64,000 nucleotides of DNA from Octopus vulgaris (Eukaryota): positions 26,102,001-26,166,000 of the forward strand of contig OX597823.1 in assembly GCA_951406725.2 (NCBI GenBank). Direction: 5' to 3'. Of this stretch, positions 62,586 to 64,000 are shown in pieces. Made by a program: the position numbers and the translations under genes. Position 1 is the first letter of the stretch. Each line of letters starts with the position of its first letter. The notes beneath the pieces were generated by a model. The model searched no databases. It was not told where the DNA came from and worked only from the letters and a program-made list of their open reading frames with translations.

Positions 62586-63777
62586 TATTTAACTGTTTTG
62601 ACCTTTATTGCAGGGATCCCAGGTTAGTACCTTTTGTATAAGGAAGTCTTTCTTCCTGTCAGTAACATAAGATCCAAGGTAATCCTTGAGTTGTGTGCCA
62701 TTGTTGGAACAAAATGGCAAGTGACTTTTATCCATGTCGATGGTTATGTACTCATTCTTCTTTCAACAGAGTTAGATTCACTTTGATTGCAGCATTCTCA
62801 AGATATGTTAACAAGACATCTGCATCACACACTTGATGAGATATGAGGGCAAGATCATCAGCATATATGATAGACCCTGTACAGTTCCGATCTGTCAAAT
62901 TTACTCACAAGATATCTGACAACCCAGAATCATAGTAGAAGACACTTCCCAGGGTGTGACACAGTGGGGTTGAACCCAAAATCCTATGGCTACAAAGTAA
63001 ATGATTTTAGTCACACAGCCACACCTGCACGTATATCAGGTTGGAATGAAAGTTCATATATAATCAAATATATCTTAGATATATTTGATCTTCCAGTGTT
63101 GTCTATAACATCATTCTGTCTTTTACTGGATTTATTAATGCCTTATTTGCAAAATTCCAGTGGTTCTGATGAGAAATAAGAAACCAACTCTTTTTCAATC
63201 TCTTCTCTTGATGTCAGTCTTAGTCCATCAAAATGGTTTTGTAAACTCCTAAGCAAATGAGGAAAGAGCAAGATTGGAAGAACAAGGCAGCTGCAGCATT
63301 TTTTCTCAGCCAGTTTCTCTAGAAGATGTTTGGTGACTTTGTAGTGTGAAGAAGAGCATTATCAAGGTAGAAGATTGTTCCCTTCGTGTGCACTAAAGAT
63401 GCATTTACAGTCCATGTTCCATGCTGGCATGAATTGGATGGTATGACACAATTCAATAGGTCCAAGGACTGCATTGGGCTCCAATGTCATCTTTGGCATG
63501 TGGTTTCCCTGGCTGGATGCCCTTCCTAATGCCAACCACTTTATGCCATGCACTGGGTGCTTTTATTCATGCCACTAGCACTACTGATGTTGCTATGCAG
63601 CTTGCAGAACTATGAACTCTGGGAAAGGTGGTCAGCTTCATGCTGGGGGTGGGGGTCAAGGGGTTAAAGTATGAGGTGGGAGCAAGGCAGGTTCTTGTAG
63701 AGGATCTTCATGGCAATTTACATTTTGCAGGGGAGGAGGAGAAAAAGAAAAGAAAAATGACCAGTAGGAACTGCAAT

Positions 63778-64000
63778 GATCTGGCAGAAATGTTAGAATG
63801 CAGGGCGAAATGCTTAGCGATATTTCGTCTGCCATTACGTTCTGAGTTCAAATTCTGCTGAGGTCAACTTTGCCTTTCATCCTTTCAGGGTCGATAAATT
63901 AAGTATCAGTTATGCACTGGAGTCAATGTAATCGACTTAATCCTTTTGTCTGTCCTTGTTTGTCCCCTCCATGTTTAGCCCCTTGTGGGCAATAAAGAAA
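63778..64000 (+). mobile_element. tRNA-derived Meta-type SINE
   Basis: Close match to 20213 and 47446; runs to the window end. Confidence 0.9.

Overview
AT-rich, repeat-saturated eukaryotic DNA with no recognisable host protein-coding exon, so probably intergenic or a very large intron. The SINE families and the density of (TA)n/(CA)n/(AAT)n tracts suggest a coleoid cephalopod such as Octopus; this is an inference. The window holds four Tc1/mariner relics (two full length with TIRs), a 5'-truncated R4/Dong-clade RLE retrotransposon inside an (AAT)n tract plus an older relic, and RTE and CR1 LINE fragments. It also holds three decayed Penelope-like (PLE) ORF regions, a hAT relic, MITEs (hAT, piggyBac-like, Merlin-like) and dozens of SINE copies. 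The most striking structure is a young 1.1-kb element in a (TA)n tract at 45703-46831. It is built from a 359-bp unit arranged first in tandem and then inverted, and it carries three copies of a minimal type I hammerhead-ribozyme motif. Two further fold-back elements (33.1 kb and 55.0 kb) carry degenerate hammerhead-like motifs, and all three have a perfect hairpin with a 1-nt loop at or beside the inversion junction. Almost all ORFs in the supplied track are microsatellite or TE artefacts. Boundaries of decayed elements are approximate.
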